Of a DNA stretch of 64,000 nucleotides, positions 10,643 through 19,951 are shown one piece after another; within the stretch, counting starts at the first letter, position 1; the number at the start of each line of letters is the position of its first letter. The notes beneath the pieces are model-generated. The model saw only the letters and a program-made list of their open reading frames with translations, did no database searches and had not been told where the DNA came from. The position numbers and the translations under genes were made by a program. Source of the stretch: an uncultured archaeon (GTDB lineage Archaea > Iainarchaeota > Iainarchaeia > Iainarchaeales > 1-14-0-10-31-34); contig CAZSOZ010000001.1 in the NCBI GenBank assembly GCA_964608675.1, forward strand, positions 96,001 through 160,000. The letters are read 5' to 3'.

Positions 10643-10723
10643 AAAGAAAATATTTATAAATAAAAGTTGAGTTATTACATACAATAAATTTTTATTTAAA
10701 AAAGAAAAAGGAGGGAAAAATAA
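10643..10723 (+). promoter_or_regulatory. Putative archaeal promoter and strong RBS for mini-pilin 2
   Basis: Purine-rich run followed by TATTTATAAA at about 10651-10660; GGAGG at 10710-10714 before the ATG at 10724. Confidence 0.5.
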
Positions 10724-10891
10724 ATGGACAACAAAGCACAAGGAGCATTAGAATACCTGTTATTAATCGGAGGAGCAGTATTAATTGCTGCAGTCGTAAT
10801 TGTTATCCTAACAGGATTAGCAGGAAACAACCCAACACACGCTCAAAACTACTACCACCAAAAATACAACGATCTGGCACATGCAGTTTAA
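10724..10891 (+). CDS. Mini-pilin 2, class III signal peptide (55 aa); candidate major pilin
   Basis: Not in the ORF track. MDNKA|QGALEYLLLIGGAVLIAAVVIVILTGLAGNNPTHAQNYYHQKYNDLAHAV; GGAGG RBS. Confidence 0.9.
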   Translation: MDNKAQGALEYLLLIGGAVLIAAVVIVILTGLAGNNPTHAQNYYHQKYNDLAHAV

Positions 10892-10906
10892 TTAAAAGTG
10901 TTCTTT

Positions 10907-11071
10907 ATGGACAACAAAGCACAGTCATCACTGGAATACCTCCTGCTTATTGCAGGGGTTGTTCTGGTTGCAGCAATAGTAATAATAACGCTGATTACCG
11001 CAATTAGCACTCCAGAACATTCACAAAGCATTTATCACAATAAATACAATGATTTATCTCATACAGTATAA
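10907..11071 (+). CDS. Mini-pilin 3, class III signal peptide (54 aa); paralog of pilin 2
   Basis: Not in the ORF track. MDNKA|QSSLEYLLLIAGVVLVAAIVIITLITAISTPEHSQSIYHNKYNDLSHTV. Confidence 0.9.
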   Translation: MDNKAQSSLEYLLLIAGVVLVAAIVIITLITAISTPEHSQSIYHNKYNDLSHTV

Positions 11072-11087
11072 AAAAAAATGATTTTTT

Positions 11088-11243
11088 ATGGATAATAAAG
11101 CACAAGGAGCATTAGAATACCTGCTGATTATTGCAGGAGCAGTAATAGTTGCTGCAATAGTTATAGTTGTAATGACTGACGTGACAAAACCAGTGGCAAA
11201 CAAAACAACATGCACTTTGCATAACTGGCTGAACAGTTTATAA
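11088..11243 (+). CDS. Mini-pilin 4, class III signal peptide (51 aa)
   Basis: Not in the ORF track. MDNKA|QGALEYLLIIAGAVIVAAIVIVVMTDVTKPVANKTTCTLHNWLNSL. Confidence 0.9.
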   Translation: MDNKAQGALEYLLIIAGAVIVAAIVIVVMTDVTKPVANKTTCTLHNWLNSL

Positions 11244-11252
11244 GTGATTTAA

Positions 11253-11423
11253 ATGGAAGAAAAAGCACAAGTTTCAATTGAATATCTTTTAAGCGTGCTT
11301 TTCAGCATTGTGTTGGTAATGGCGGCAGCAATACTACTTGATACTTTAAGGGCTTTAGCACAGACATCAAAAGCAACAGTGTTAAGAGTAAGAGAACAAA
11401 CAATCGAAACCCTTATAGAGTGA
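11253..11423 (+). CDS. Mini-pilin 5, class III signal peptide (56 aa)
   Basis: Not in the ORF track. MEEKA|QVSIEYLLSVLFSIVLVMAAAILLDTLRALAQTSKATVLRVREQTIETLIE. Confidence 0.87.
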   Translation: MEEKAQVSIEYLLSVLFSIVLVMAAAILLDTLRALAQTSKATVLRVREQTIETLIE

Positions 11424-11435
11424 GGGAAAAAAAAA

Positions 11436-12578
11436 ATGAATCCTTTTATTTTTTCTTATTTTTTTGTTTCACTAATCATACTTTTAGTTGGCTCTTACAC
11501 TGATTTAAAAGAAAGAATGATTTCAAACAAACTGACTTACGGAGGAATAATAATAGGAATTTTAATTCATTTAATTGAATCAATTTATTTAAATGATTAT
11601 TTTATTGCTGGAACCGCAATTGGAATTACAATTGCAACATTTGTTTTTTCGTGGGGTTTATGGAAAATAGGAGTATGGGCAGGAGGAGACGTAAAACTAT
11701 TTACGGCTTTAGCTGCATTAAATCCATTCAATTTAGGTTTCATAAGAGACTTAATTGGTTTGCAAAATTCACTGCTTGCATCAATTGCTGTTCCAATTTT
11801 TCCGTTAACTCTGTTTGTTTTCAGTATTTTTTCAATGCTTCCATACGGAATGCTGTTAAGCATTAATGCATTAAAAGAAAAAAAAGAACTAAGAAAAGAA
11901 TTAATGCATGAATTAAAAGAAAAATTATTTCAGGCAATAAAATTAGTTGCATTAATTACAGGATTAAATTTTGTTTTAATTAATGTTTTTGGAATTTCAA
12001 ACGGAATACTGTTATTTGTATTAATAATTGTTTTGCTGATTGCTTCAGCAAAACTTAACTGGAAAATCAGAACAATAATAATTATTGTTTTGTTTGGTTA
12101 TGCAGTTTACAGTGACTTTAGTAATGCAATTAAAAACTTTTTAATTGGAACAACAAGCCTTTACGCAATATATGTTTTACTAAAAATGTTTTCTTTCAGC
12201 AGAACGCATGTATTAAAGAAAAAAATTAATGTAAATGAATTAGAAGAAGGAATGATTCCTGCAGTATCTTTATATGAAGTACAAGGAAAAATAATTCAAA
12301 AAAAACCTTTAAGCATGGCAAACATTATTAAGTACGTTAGAGATAATAATTTAGAAGCATTAATGCAGGGATTTCAGCCAAAAGGAAAAGAAATTATTTC
12401 AACAAAAAAAGCCGCAGGAATAGAAAAAAAAGAAATACAAAAAATAAAAAAATTAGCAGAAGAAAACAAAATTCCAAAAGAAATAGAAATAAAATTAACT
12501 GCGCCAATGATTCCTGCAGTATTAATAGGGTATTTGCTTGTTAATTTGACAGGAGATTTAATTTGGAATTTACTATGA
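11436..12578 (+). CDS. Prepilin peptidase, A24 family (long EppA-like form)
   Basis: Catalytic Asp motifs YTDLKER.I.N and WAGGDVKL; extra TM segments; C-terminal ELEEGMI and PMIPAVL. Confidence 0.9.
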   Translation: MNPFIFSYFFVSLIILLVGSYTDLKERMISNKLTYGGIIIGILIHLIESIYLNDYFIAGTAIGITIATFVFSWGLWKIGVWAGGDVKLFTALAALNPFNLGFIRDLIGLQNSLLASIAVPIFPLTLFVFSIFSMLPYGMLLSINALKEKKELRKELMHELKEKLFQAIKLVALITGLNFVLINVFGISNGILLFVLIIVLLIASAKLNWKIRTIIIIVLFGYAVYSDFSNAIKNFLIGTTSLYAIYVLLKMFSFSRTHVLKKKINVNELEEGMIPAVSLYEVQGKIIQKKPLSMANIIKYVRDNNLEALMQGFQPKGKEIISTKKAAGIEKKEIQKIKKLAEENKIPKEIEIKLTAPMIPAVLIGYLLVNLTGDLIWNLL

Positions 12579-13072
12579 AAAAAGGACAAACTTCAATTGA
12601 ATTCATGCTTTTAATAGTAATAAGTCTGCTTTACATTCAAACAGTAATCAGCCCAAACGTAAACGAATCATTATTAAGCGTAAGTGATACAGCAAGAATA
12701 GGGGAAGCAAGGCTTGCAACAGAAAAACTGGCTAATGCAATAAACTATGTTGCTGCATCAAACTCTGAAAGCAAAACAACCGTAAACTTGTTTATTCCGG
12801 ACAGAACAATAATTTCGTGCGATGAATCCAACAGAAGAATAAGCTATCAAACTATTATTGACGGAAACATTGCAAAATGCGGAATAATTGACGGAGATCC
12901 TTCAAACTGTGAAAAAGACTTTGAATTAAATCCCAAAATAAACTTAAACTGCCTTACTCCACCGTTTAATGCTTCAGACCAAATTGACTCAAATTATGTT
13001 TCCAATCCAGTAACATTATATATTGAAAGAGATTCAACAGGAAACGTAATAATATTCGGCAACATAAGCTAA
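12575..13072 (+). CDS. Minor pilin-like protein, class III signal peptide
   Basis: MKKG|QTSIEFMLLIVI; ATGA overlap with the peptidase stop; Cys-containing globular part. Confidence 0.8.
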   Translation: MKKGQTSIEFMLLIVISLLYIQTVISPNVNESLLSVSDTARIGEARLATEKLANAINYVAASNSESKTTVNLFIPDRTIISCDESNRRISYQTIIDGNIAKCGIIDGDPSNCEKDFELNPKINLNCLTPPFNASDQIDSNYVSNPVTLYIERDSTGNVIIFGNIS

Positions 13073-13087
13073 AAAAAGTGATTAAAA

Positions 13088-13459
13088 ATGAAAAAAGGCC
13101 AGTCAAGTTTTGAAGTATTAATGGTTACTTTAGCAGTAATAGTTACTTCCACTTTTATTTTAGGCGGATTTTTTGATTTAGGAGATCAAACATTTGCTTT
13201 AGCAATGCTGAAAGCAAACATAATGGAAGAATTAGACCAAAACAATAATTTTTATGTACTAAAAAAAATTTATTACGAGCAGGCAGACGAACACACAATA
13301 GTATTTGATGTAATTATAGTAGATGATACAATACAACAGAATCCAATCTGCTGGATGGACTTAAATTCATCCGCCAACAAAATAATAAACCAAACAAAAT
13401 ACACTGACTTAACAATTTATGTTGCCTGCGAACCAACAAAAAAACAAGTTTATCCGTGA
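13088..13459 (+). CDS. Minor pilin-like protein, class III signal peptide
   Basis: MKKG|QSSFEVLMVTLAVIV. Confidence 0.8.
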   Translation: MKKGQSSFEVLMVTLAVIVTSTFILGGFFDLGDQTFALAMLKANIMEELDQNNNFYVLKKIYYEQADEHTIVFDVIIVDDTIQQNPICWMDLNSSANKIINQTKYTDLTIYVACEPTKKQVYP

Positions 13460-13466
13460 AAAAAAA

Positions 13467-14033
13467 ATGATTTCAGAATTCCTAAAAAAAAATTTAAATG
13501 AATTCAATTATGGAAACTTTATAGTAAAAAAAATTCATGCAAGCCTCATTTTAATGGTTTTAGCAGGCTTTCTTTTTTATGCAACAGAATTCAAAACAAT
13601 ACTTTTTCTGGAAATAATTTTTTCCTTAATTTTTTTTCATACATTGTTAATTGAAGCAAAAAAAAAGTTTCAAAAAGACTTCAAATACTTTCTGACATTA
13701 TATGGTTTATTTTATTTGGTTGTGCAGGCAATGTGGTTAAACAACTTTATTGTTCCAAAAGAAAACAGAATGGACGCAGGTTTTTTTTTAATTTTTATTT
13801 TGATTGCAATTGCAGTCGGGTTTAGTTTGCTGTTAAAAAAGAAAACCGTTAAAGCAAAAGTTTTGAGTTCAAACGGAAAAATAACTGTAATTGAAACAGA
13901 ATTTGATTTAAAAAGTTTTACTAAAGGAGGAAAACACATAATAAAAACAAAAGAAAAATTCAATGAAGGACAGGAAATAAAAATAAAAATAAACAAAAAC
14001 TTTTTTGGAAAAAAAATTCAAGTAATTCGTTGA
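13467..14033 (+). CDS. Membrane protein, DUF2101-like (pilus-locus associated)
   Basis: Four TM helices plus a C-terminal beta-rich segment (VIETEFDLKSFTKGG); family assigned from recalled resemblance only. Confidence 0.5.
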   Translation: MISEFLKKNLNEFNYGNFIVKKIHASLILMVLAGFLFYATEFKTILFLEIIFSLIFFHTLLIEAKKKFQKDFKYFLTLYGLFYLVVQAMWLNNFIVPKENRMDAGFFLIFILIAIAVGFSLLLKKKTVKAKVLSSNGKITVIETEFDLKSFTKGGKHIIKTKEKFNEGQEIKIKINKNFFGKKIQVIR

Positions 14034-14079
14034 TAAACGAACAAAAAAACTTATTTAATTGATTTAAAGCACTATTTGA

Positions 14080-15249
14080 ATGGATTTGCTGTTTCTGGTT
14101 TTATCAGGATGCATTGCAGGAATATTCACTGGATTAATTCCAGGAATACACATGAACACTGTTGCAGTTTCGCTTGTATATTTTTTGCCTGAAAACACTG
14201 ATTTAATTTACTTTATTATTGCAATGAGCGTCATGCATACTTTCATAGATTTCATTCCATCAATTTTGTTTGGAGCCCCTGAAGAAGAAAATTTTCTTTC
14301 AATTTTGCCGGGACACAAAATGCTTTTAGAAGGAAACGGATTAAACGCAATAAAAATAACTGCATTAGGAGGATTAATAGGAGGCATTTTGTCAGTTATG
14401 TTTTCATTTATTTTTGTTTCCTTACTTGAAAAAATTAAATGGATTATTCCAAAAATAATTCCGTCAATTCTGGTTCTGGCTTTATTGTTAATGGTTTCAG
14501 AAGAAAAAAAATGGAAAAACACATTGCTTATTGTAGTTCTTTCAGGAACACTAGGATTTCTTGTATTAAACGATTATTTTTTTGTAAGAGAACCTTTGTT
14601 TGTTTTAGTTACCGGCTTTTTTGCTTTTCCCTTAGTAATTAATTCTATTTTAAACAAAACACGAATTCCTGAACAAAAAAAAGAAAAATTCAATTTTTCT
14701 TTTCAGGAAATAAAAGGAAGTTTAATGAGTGTTTTAGGAGGAAGCCTTATTTCATTGATTCCTGGAATAGGGCCAAGCATTTCTGCTTTTATTTTAAGCA
14801 AATTCTCTAAATTGAATTCAAAGGCTTTTCTTGCATTGCTTGGAGGAATAAATACAACAAATATTATTTTTTCTTTTTTTGTTTTGATTTCAATTGGAAA
14901 AACCAGAAGCGGTTCAGCAGTAGCAGTAAAACAATTAGGAAACATTAATGAAAGCCAATTGTTTTTAGTCTGCGGAATTATTTTGATTTCATTAATTCTT
15001 GCTTCAGTTTCTGCTGTACTTTTATCTGAATTTTTAATTAAAAAAATCCAGAAAATAAATTACACAAAAATTAACTTGATTGTTTTAATGTTTCTTTTGA
15101 TTTTAGTTTTTTTATTCAGCGGAATAAACGGATTAATTTTATCAGGAATTTCAACAGGAATCGGATTACTGGCAGTAAAAAAAGAAATCAAAAAAAGCTC
15201 CTGCATGAGCTTTTTGATTTTTCCTGTATTAGGGCATTACTTGGCATGA
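14080..15249 (+). CDS. TctA-family (archaeal DUF112) membrane protein
   Basis: GIFTGLIPGIH.N, HTFIDFIPSI.FGAP, LPGH..LLEG.G, second repeat LIPGIGPS, GKTRSG. Confidence 0.85.
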   Translation: MDLLFLVLSGCIAGIFTGLIPGIHMNTVAVSLVYFLPENTDLIYFIIAMSVMHTFIDFIPSILFGAPEEENFLSILPGHKMLLEGNGLNAIKITALGGLIGGILSVMFSFIFVSLLEKIKWIIPKIIPSILVLALLLMVSEEKKWKNTLLIVVLSGTLGFLVLNDYFFVREPLFVLVTGFFAFPLVINSILNKTRIPEQKKEKFNFSFQEIKGSLMSVLGGSLISLIPGIGPSISAFILSKFSKLNSKAFLALLGGINTTNIIFSFFVLISIGKTRSGSAVAVKQLGNINESQLFLVCGIILISLILASVSAVLLSEFLIKKIQKINYTKINLIVLMFLLILVFLFSGINGLILSGISTGIGLLAVKKEIKKSSCMSFLIFPVLGHYLA

Positions 15250-16970
15250 TTAATTTTAAAAATTTCTAATTCTTTATCATAAATTAATTCAGAACACTGG
15301 CCATTCACTAAACTTTCCCGCAAAACAGGACGAAAATTTCCCAAATAACGAGAATATCCTTCTTCAATATAAAAATGAAAATATACAACATAATCTATTT
15401 TATTTTCCTTCAAAAAATCACAGGGGTTTCCTTCAAAAGCAACATGCCAAGTATAATCATACAAAATTGCTTCTTCAAATCTTGACGATAATGCCCCTCC
15501 ATCAACAAACCACACAATTATATCTGAATTATCCTTAATTTTTTCTGTTCCTGCAAAAGAATGTTCATTTACAAAAGTAGCGTGGAATACCCCTAAAACA
15601 GGGATCACTGAAAATAAAAGCAACAAAATAAAAACAATAATAACAAAAAATGAAAGCAATTTGTTTTTTAATAAAAGAATTTTTTTCAGCTGAATCCCCG
15701 AAAAAATACAAATAAGAGAATAGATTGGAATAAAATATCTAGGAAAACCAGTTAAATTAGGTTGAGCGCCATTAATAAAAATTACAAACAAAAATAAAGA
15801 TGCAGAAATAAAAAATAACATCAAAAAATTAAGTTCTTTTTTATCCCTCCATAACAATCCAATAAAAAAAAGAAAAGGAATAAAAAAAAGATAATAATTG
15901 TGATAAAAAAAATGAAACAAAACATTAAAAACTGAAACAATATTTAAAAAAATTTTTGAAAATAAATCCTGAGAAATAAACTGTCCGTAACCCCCTACAC
16001 TAGAATCATCAAAATTTAGTTCAAAATGTAAAACAAAAAAAACACAAGAAACTAAGACAAAAAAAACTCCAAATGTTAACGCTGCTTTAAAATCTTTTTT
16101 ATAAAACAAAAATAATAATAATCCAATAAAAAAAATCGCTCCTGTAAATTTAGTTAAAAACATTAAACCTGAAAAAAAACCCGCCAGACTTATAAAAAAC
16201 AAATGTTTATTTTTAAAATAATTTAAGATAAAAAAAACAGATCCTAAAAAAAACAAGGACAAAAAATTTTCAACAGTAAAAAAAGAAATAAAAAAAAGCA
16301 CTAAAGGAGTTAAAGCATAAATAGCCATTGAAAAAAATTCTGGGTAGCCTATGCTTTTAACAATAAAAAAAATCAGAAATAAAGATAAAACTAATGAAAA
16401 AAAAGAAACAAACCAAAAAAAGTTTCCTTCCAAAAAATATTTAGTTACTCCAACAAAAGATTCAAATAATAAAGGAAATTGATTGCTTCTAACCTGATAA
16501 ATATTATGAGTTTCTTTAAAAAAAGTTTTTTTTCCATTATCTGCTATATCATTTATTATTGGCAAATGGTATGTTTCGTCGTCATGAACTAACGATTTAT
16601 TGACTTGAATAAAAAAAGCTGCTAAAACTAAGAAAAAAATCAAAAGAAACAAAATCAAAAATTCAAAGAAATGAAATTTTCCAGATTTAAAGCCTTTAAA
16701 TTTAATTTTTTTAAATGAATCAAAAAAGCATCTAATTTTATTTTTTTTAAAAACAAAAAAAACAATCAAAGCAAGCAAAGCATAAAAATAAATGAATTCT
16801 TTTAAAATACCAAAAAAAGAAACAACAACATAAAACAAAAAAGAAGTAATTGAAAGAGACAAAAAAACACTTAAAACAGCCTTCTCCAAGCCAGAAAAAT
16901 ACTTATCTGCAACCAAATAACCAGGAACAATCAAAACAACAATAAAAGCAATTAATTCAAACAAAAACAT
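15237..16970 (-). CDS. Multi-pass GT-C-type membrane glycosyltransferase (ArnT/PMT-like)
   Basis: About 13 TM segments; HDDETYHLP loop, LTKF.G, PRYFIP; sits beside a GT cluster. Confidence 0.65.
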   Translation of the reverse strand: MFLFELIAFIVVLIVPGYLVADKYFSGLEKAVLSVFLSLSITSFLFYVVVSFFGILKEFIYFYALLALIVFFVFKKNKIRCFFDSFKKIKFKGFKSGKFHFFEFLILFLLIFFLVLAAFFIQVNKSLVHDDETYHLPIINDIADNGKKTFFKETHNIYQVRSNQFPLLFESFVGVTKYFLEGNFFWFVSFFSLVLSLFLIFFIVKSIGYPEFFSMAIYALTPLVLFFISFFTVENFLSLFFLGSVFFILNYFKNKHLFFISLAGFFSGLMFLTKFTGAIFFIGLLLFLFYKKDFKAALTFGVFFVLVSCVFFVLHFELNFDDSSVGGYGQFISQDLFSKIFLNIVSVFNVLFHFFYHNYYLFFIPFLFFIGLLWRDKKELNFLMLFFISASLFLFVIFINGAQPNLTGFPRYFIPIYSLICIFSGIQLKKILLLKNKLLSFFVIIVFILLLLFSVIPVLGVFHATFVNEHSFAGTEKIKDNSDIIVWFVDGGALSSRFEEAILYDYTWHVAFEGNPCDFLKENKIDYVVYFHFYIEEGYSRYLGNFRPVLRESLVNGQCSELIYDKELEIFKINHAK

Positions 16971-17023
16971 CACTAGTTTTTTATTTAACTAATGTATAAT
17001 TATATCTGTTTAACTTAAAAATA

Positions 17024-17908
17024 ATGAGGGGAAAAAAAATAATTCTAATAACAATTCCTGCATTCAACGAAGAAAAAACAATTGCTTTAGTCATAAAAGA
17101 AGCAAAACAATACTTGAAAAACGAAAACTATAAAATTCTTGTTTTAGATGACGGAAGTAAAGATAAAACAGCTGAAACTGCATTAAAAGAAGGAGCAATA
17201 GTTGTATCTCATCCAAAGAATTTTGGTTTGGCTGAAACATTCAAAAGCGAAATGAAAGAGGCTGAAAAATTAAAGCCTGAAATGATTATTCATTTAGATG
17301 CAGATGCACAATATGATTTGAAGGAAATTCCTTTAATGATAAAAGAAATACGGAATGGAACTGATTTAGTTTTAGCCAGCAGATTCAAAGGAAAAATAGA
17401 AGAAATGCCCTCTTTAAAAAAATTTGGAAACAAGGCGTTTTCCAAAGTTATTTCAAATATTACCGGCCAAAAAATAACTGATGCACAAACAGGATTCAGG
17501 GCATTTAATTTAAAGACCGCAGAACTGGATGTCAGAGCAAACTACACTTATACTCAGGAACAGATTATCAGGGCAATAAAAGAAAAACTTGTTGTAAAAG
17601 AAATTCCCTGTGTTTTCAGGAAGAGGGAAGATGGAAAAAGCAGGTTAATGAAAAACCCTTTTGATTATGCATTAAAAGCATGGCTTAATTTGTTCAGGGT
17701 TTACAGGGATTACGCCCCATTAAAATTTTTTGGGTTAATTGGCGGAGGATTATTTGCATTAGGCTTTTTGTTTGGCTTGTGGCTGGTTTTCCTGCATTTG
17801 ACTTCAGGAATTGAAGGACACATTGCTTTAATGATTTTAACAATGATTTTGATTGTAACTGGATTACAGATTGTTTTGTTTGGTTTTCTGGCTGATATGA
17901 AAAAGTGA
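17024..17908 (+). CDS. Glycosyltransferase family 2 (dolichol-P sugar synthase-like)
   Basis: IPAFNEE, VLDDGSKD, LDADAQY, DAQTGFRA; two C-terminal TM helices. Confidence 0.9.
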   Translation: MRGKKIILITIPAFNEEKTIALVIKEAKQYLKNENYKILVLDDGSKDKTAETALKEGAIVVSHPKNFGLAETFKSEMKEAEKLKPEMIIHLDADAQYDLKEIPLMIKEIRNGTDLVLASRFKGKIEEMPSLKKFGNKAFSKVISNITGQKITDAQTGFRAFNLKTAELDVRANYTYTQEQIIRAIKEKLVVKEIPCVFRKREDGKSRLMKNPFDYALKAWLNLFRVYRDYAPLKFFGLIGGGLFALGFLFGLWLVFLHLTSGIEGHIALMILTMILIVTGLQIVLFGFLADMKK

Positions 17909-17913
17909 ATTAA

Positions 17914-19026
17914 ATGAAGATAGTGTTAATTGGACCGACTTATCCTTATGCGGGGGGAATCTCTCATTTTAACACAATACTTGCAAAAGAACTGGAAAAA
18001 CGAAATGAAGTGAAAGTTTTTTCTTATTACAAAAGGTATCCTCACTTTTTGTATCCTGCAAAAGAACAAGAAGACAAAAAAAGTACAATGAAAATTGAAG
18101 TGCACGCTGAAAGAACTTTAAGCATGATTAACCCTTTTTCTTGGATTAATACTGCATTAAAAATAAGAAGATTTAATCCAGAAAAAATAGTTTTTCATTT
18201 TGTTACGCCTTTTACTTCAATAATGTTTTCAATAATGTCCTTTATTTCAAAATTCAAGAGAAAAACAAAAACGGTTTTAATTTGCCATAATTTAAAGCCA
18301 CATGAAAAAAGTTTTTTTGACAAAATATTGACAAAAATAATATTTTCCAATACAAATGAATTTATAACCCATTCAAATGAGGATTTTAACGAATTAAAAA
18401 AAAAGTTTAAAAACAGGAAAGTTGTAAAAGGATTTGCCCCGGCATTAAACTTTTTTAACTTTAAAACGTTTTCAAAAAATGAATCAAAAAAAATTCTTAA
18501 ATTAAATAAAAAAACAATTTTGTTTTTTGGTTATGTAAGAAAATATAAGGGATTAGATCTTTTACTGGATTCTTTGCCTTTTGTATTAAAACAAATTGAC
18601 TTAGAATTGGTTATTGCCGGCCAGTTCTGTAAAAATAAAAAGGTTTATTTGGAAAAAATTAAAGAACTTGAAATTGAAAAAAATGTTAAAATTTTTGATG
18701 AATACCTTCCAAATGAAAAAGTAGGTTTGTTTTTTTCTGCATCTGATGTTATATTGATGCCATACAAAAGCTTAAGCAACAGCGCAATACTCCAGATTGC
18801 ATTATCTTTTAATAAACCGGTTATTGGAACAAAAGTTGGGGCACTAAAAGAAGTCATAAAGAATAATATTAATGGTTTGTTCACAGAAAATTCAAAAGAA
18901 AGCATTGCAAAGGCAATAATAAAATTTTATGAAGAAAAAAAAGAAAAAGAATTTTCAGAGAACATGAAAAAAATTAAGGAAAATTTTTCTTGGGAAAAGT
19001 ATACAGGGTTGTTAGCAAATGAGTAA
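17914..19026 (+). CDS. Glycosyltransferase family 4
   Basis: GPTYPY.GGI, LFFGYVRKYKGLD, LMPY...SNSA, PVIGT.VG. Confidence 0.9.
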   Translation: MKIVLIGPTYPYAGGISHFNTILAKELEKRNEVKVFSYYKRYPHFLYPAKEQEDKKSTMKIEVHAERTLSMINPFSWINTALKIRRFNPEKIVFHFVTPFTSIMFSIMSFISKFKRKTKTVLICHNLKPHEKSFFDKILTKIIFSNTNEFITHSNEDFNELKKKFKNRKVVKGFAPALNFFNFKTFSKNESKKILKLNKKTILFFGYVRKYKGLDLLLDSLPFVLKQIDLELVIAGQFCKNKKVYLEKIKELEIEKNVKIFDEYLPNEKVGLFFSASDVILMPYKSLSNSAILQIALSFNKPVIGTKVGALKEVIKNNINGLFTENSKESIAKAIIKFYEEKKEKEFSENMKKIKENFSWEKYTGLLANE

Positions 19027-19951
19027 ATTATTAAATCTGATAAAAAACCAAATATCCAACCCGATAAAAATAATTTTGTTAAAGAGAAAAAAGAAAAACG
19101 ACGGATATTATTATGCCGGAGTTCAGGGAAATAAGATGGCTCTTGATTTAAATGATAAGGGGTTATGCAGAGAAGTTGCATTAACAGGAGTTCATGAGCC
19201 AAAATCAACTGAATATATAAAAAAAATAGTTAAACCAGGAATGACTATTATTGACGTTGGAGCAAATATAGGGTATTATGCTTTAATCGAAGCAAAAGCC
19301 GGTGCAAAAGTTTTTGCCATTGAACCAAGTGAAAAGAATTTTGAGATGCTAAAAAAAAATATTGAAATAAATGAATTACAACAAAAAATAAGTGTTTCTA
19401 AACTGGCAATTTCAGATAAAGAAGGAGAAGAAAAATTTTATTTGGTCGGGGCATACAACAGAAACTCATTAATTCCTTCAGGGAATAACTCAATAAATGT
19501 AAAAACAATCAGTTTGGATTATTACTTCAAAAAAGAGAAAATCAAAAAAGCAGATTTAATCAGGATGGATATTGAAGGGGCTGAACTTAAAGCACTTAAT
19601 GGAATGAAAAACATTTTAAGTAAAAATCCCCCTAAACATTTATTTATTGAATTACACCCAGTTCAGCTTGCAGAAAATAACTGTTCAATCAAAAAAGTTA
19701 TTGAACTAATTTATTCATATGGATATACAATAAAAATAGCAATTTATGAGTCTGATCCAACTTCAATTAAATTTAGTTCAGTAAAAGAAATTTTCAACAA
19801 GGCATTAGCTTCAAAAGAATTTTTTAAGACAATTTTCACTGCAATTAGAAGCACAAAATTAGAAAAAAATTATTATAATAAAGAGGGTTTGGCAAATAAT
19901 CCTTTTTTTAATTCTAATGCAGTGGAAGTCTTTTTTGAGTTGGATAAATGA
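19019..19951 (+). CDS. FkbM-family SAM methyltransferase
   Basis: IDVGANIGYY, FAIEP, RMDIEGAE, IELHP. Confidence 0.9.
   Translation: MSKLLNLIKNQISNPIKIILLKRKKKNDGYYYAGVQGNKMALDLNDKGLCREVALTGVHEPKSTEYIKKIVKPGMTIIDVGANIGYYALIEAKAGAKVFAIEPSEKNFEMLKKNIEINELQQKISVSKLAISDKEGEEKFYLVGAYNRNSLIPSGNNSINVKTISLDYYFKKEKIKKADLIRMDIEGAELKALNGMKNILSKNPPKHLFIELHPVQLAENNCSIKKVIELIYSYGYTIKIAIYESDPTSIKFSSVKEIFNKALASKEFFKTIFTAIRSTKLEKNYYNKEGLANNPFFNSNAVEVFFELDK

Noticed and set aside
10502-11423. CRISPR-like array (recurring ATGGACAACAAAGCACA-type starts about every 165-220 nt)
   Set aside because: Repeats are degenerate, in frame and encode signal peptides; spacing is too long and no cas genes are present.
6598-14033. 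Archaellum operon
   Set aside because: No ArlH/F/G or archaellin-like genes; two platform proteins and Q+1/E+5 pilins indicate a pilus.
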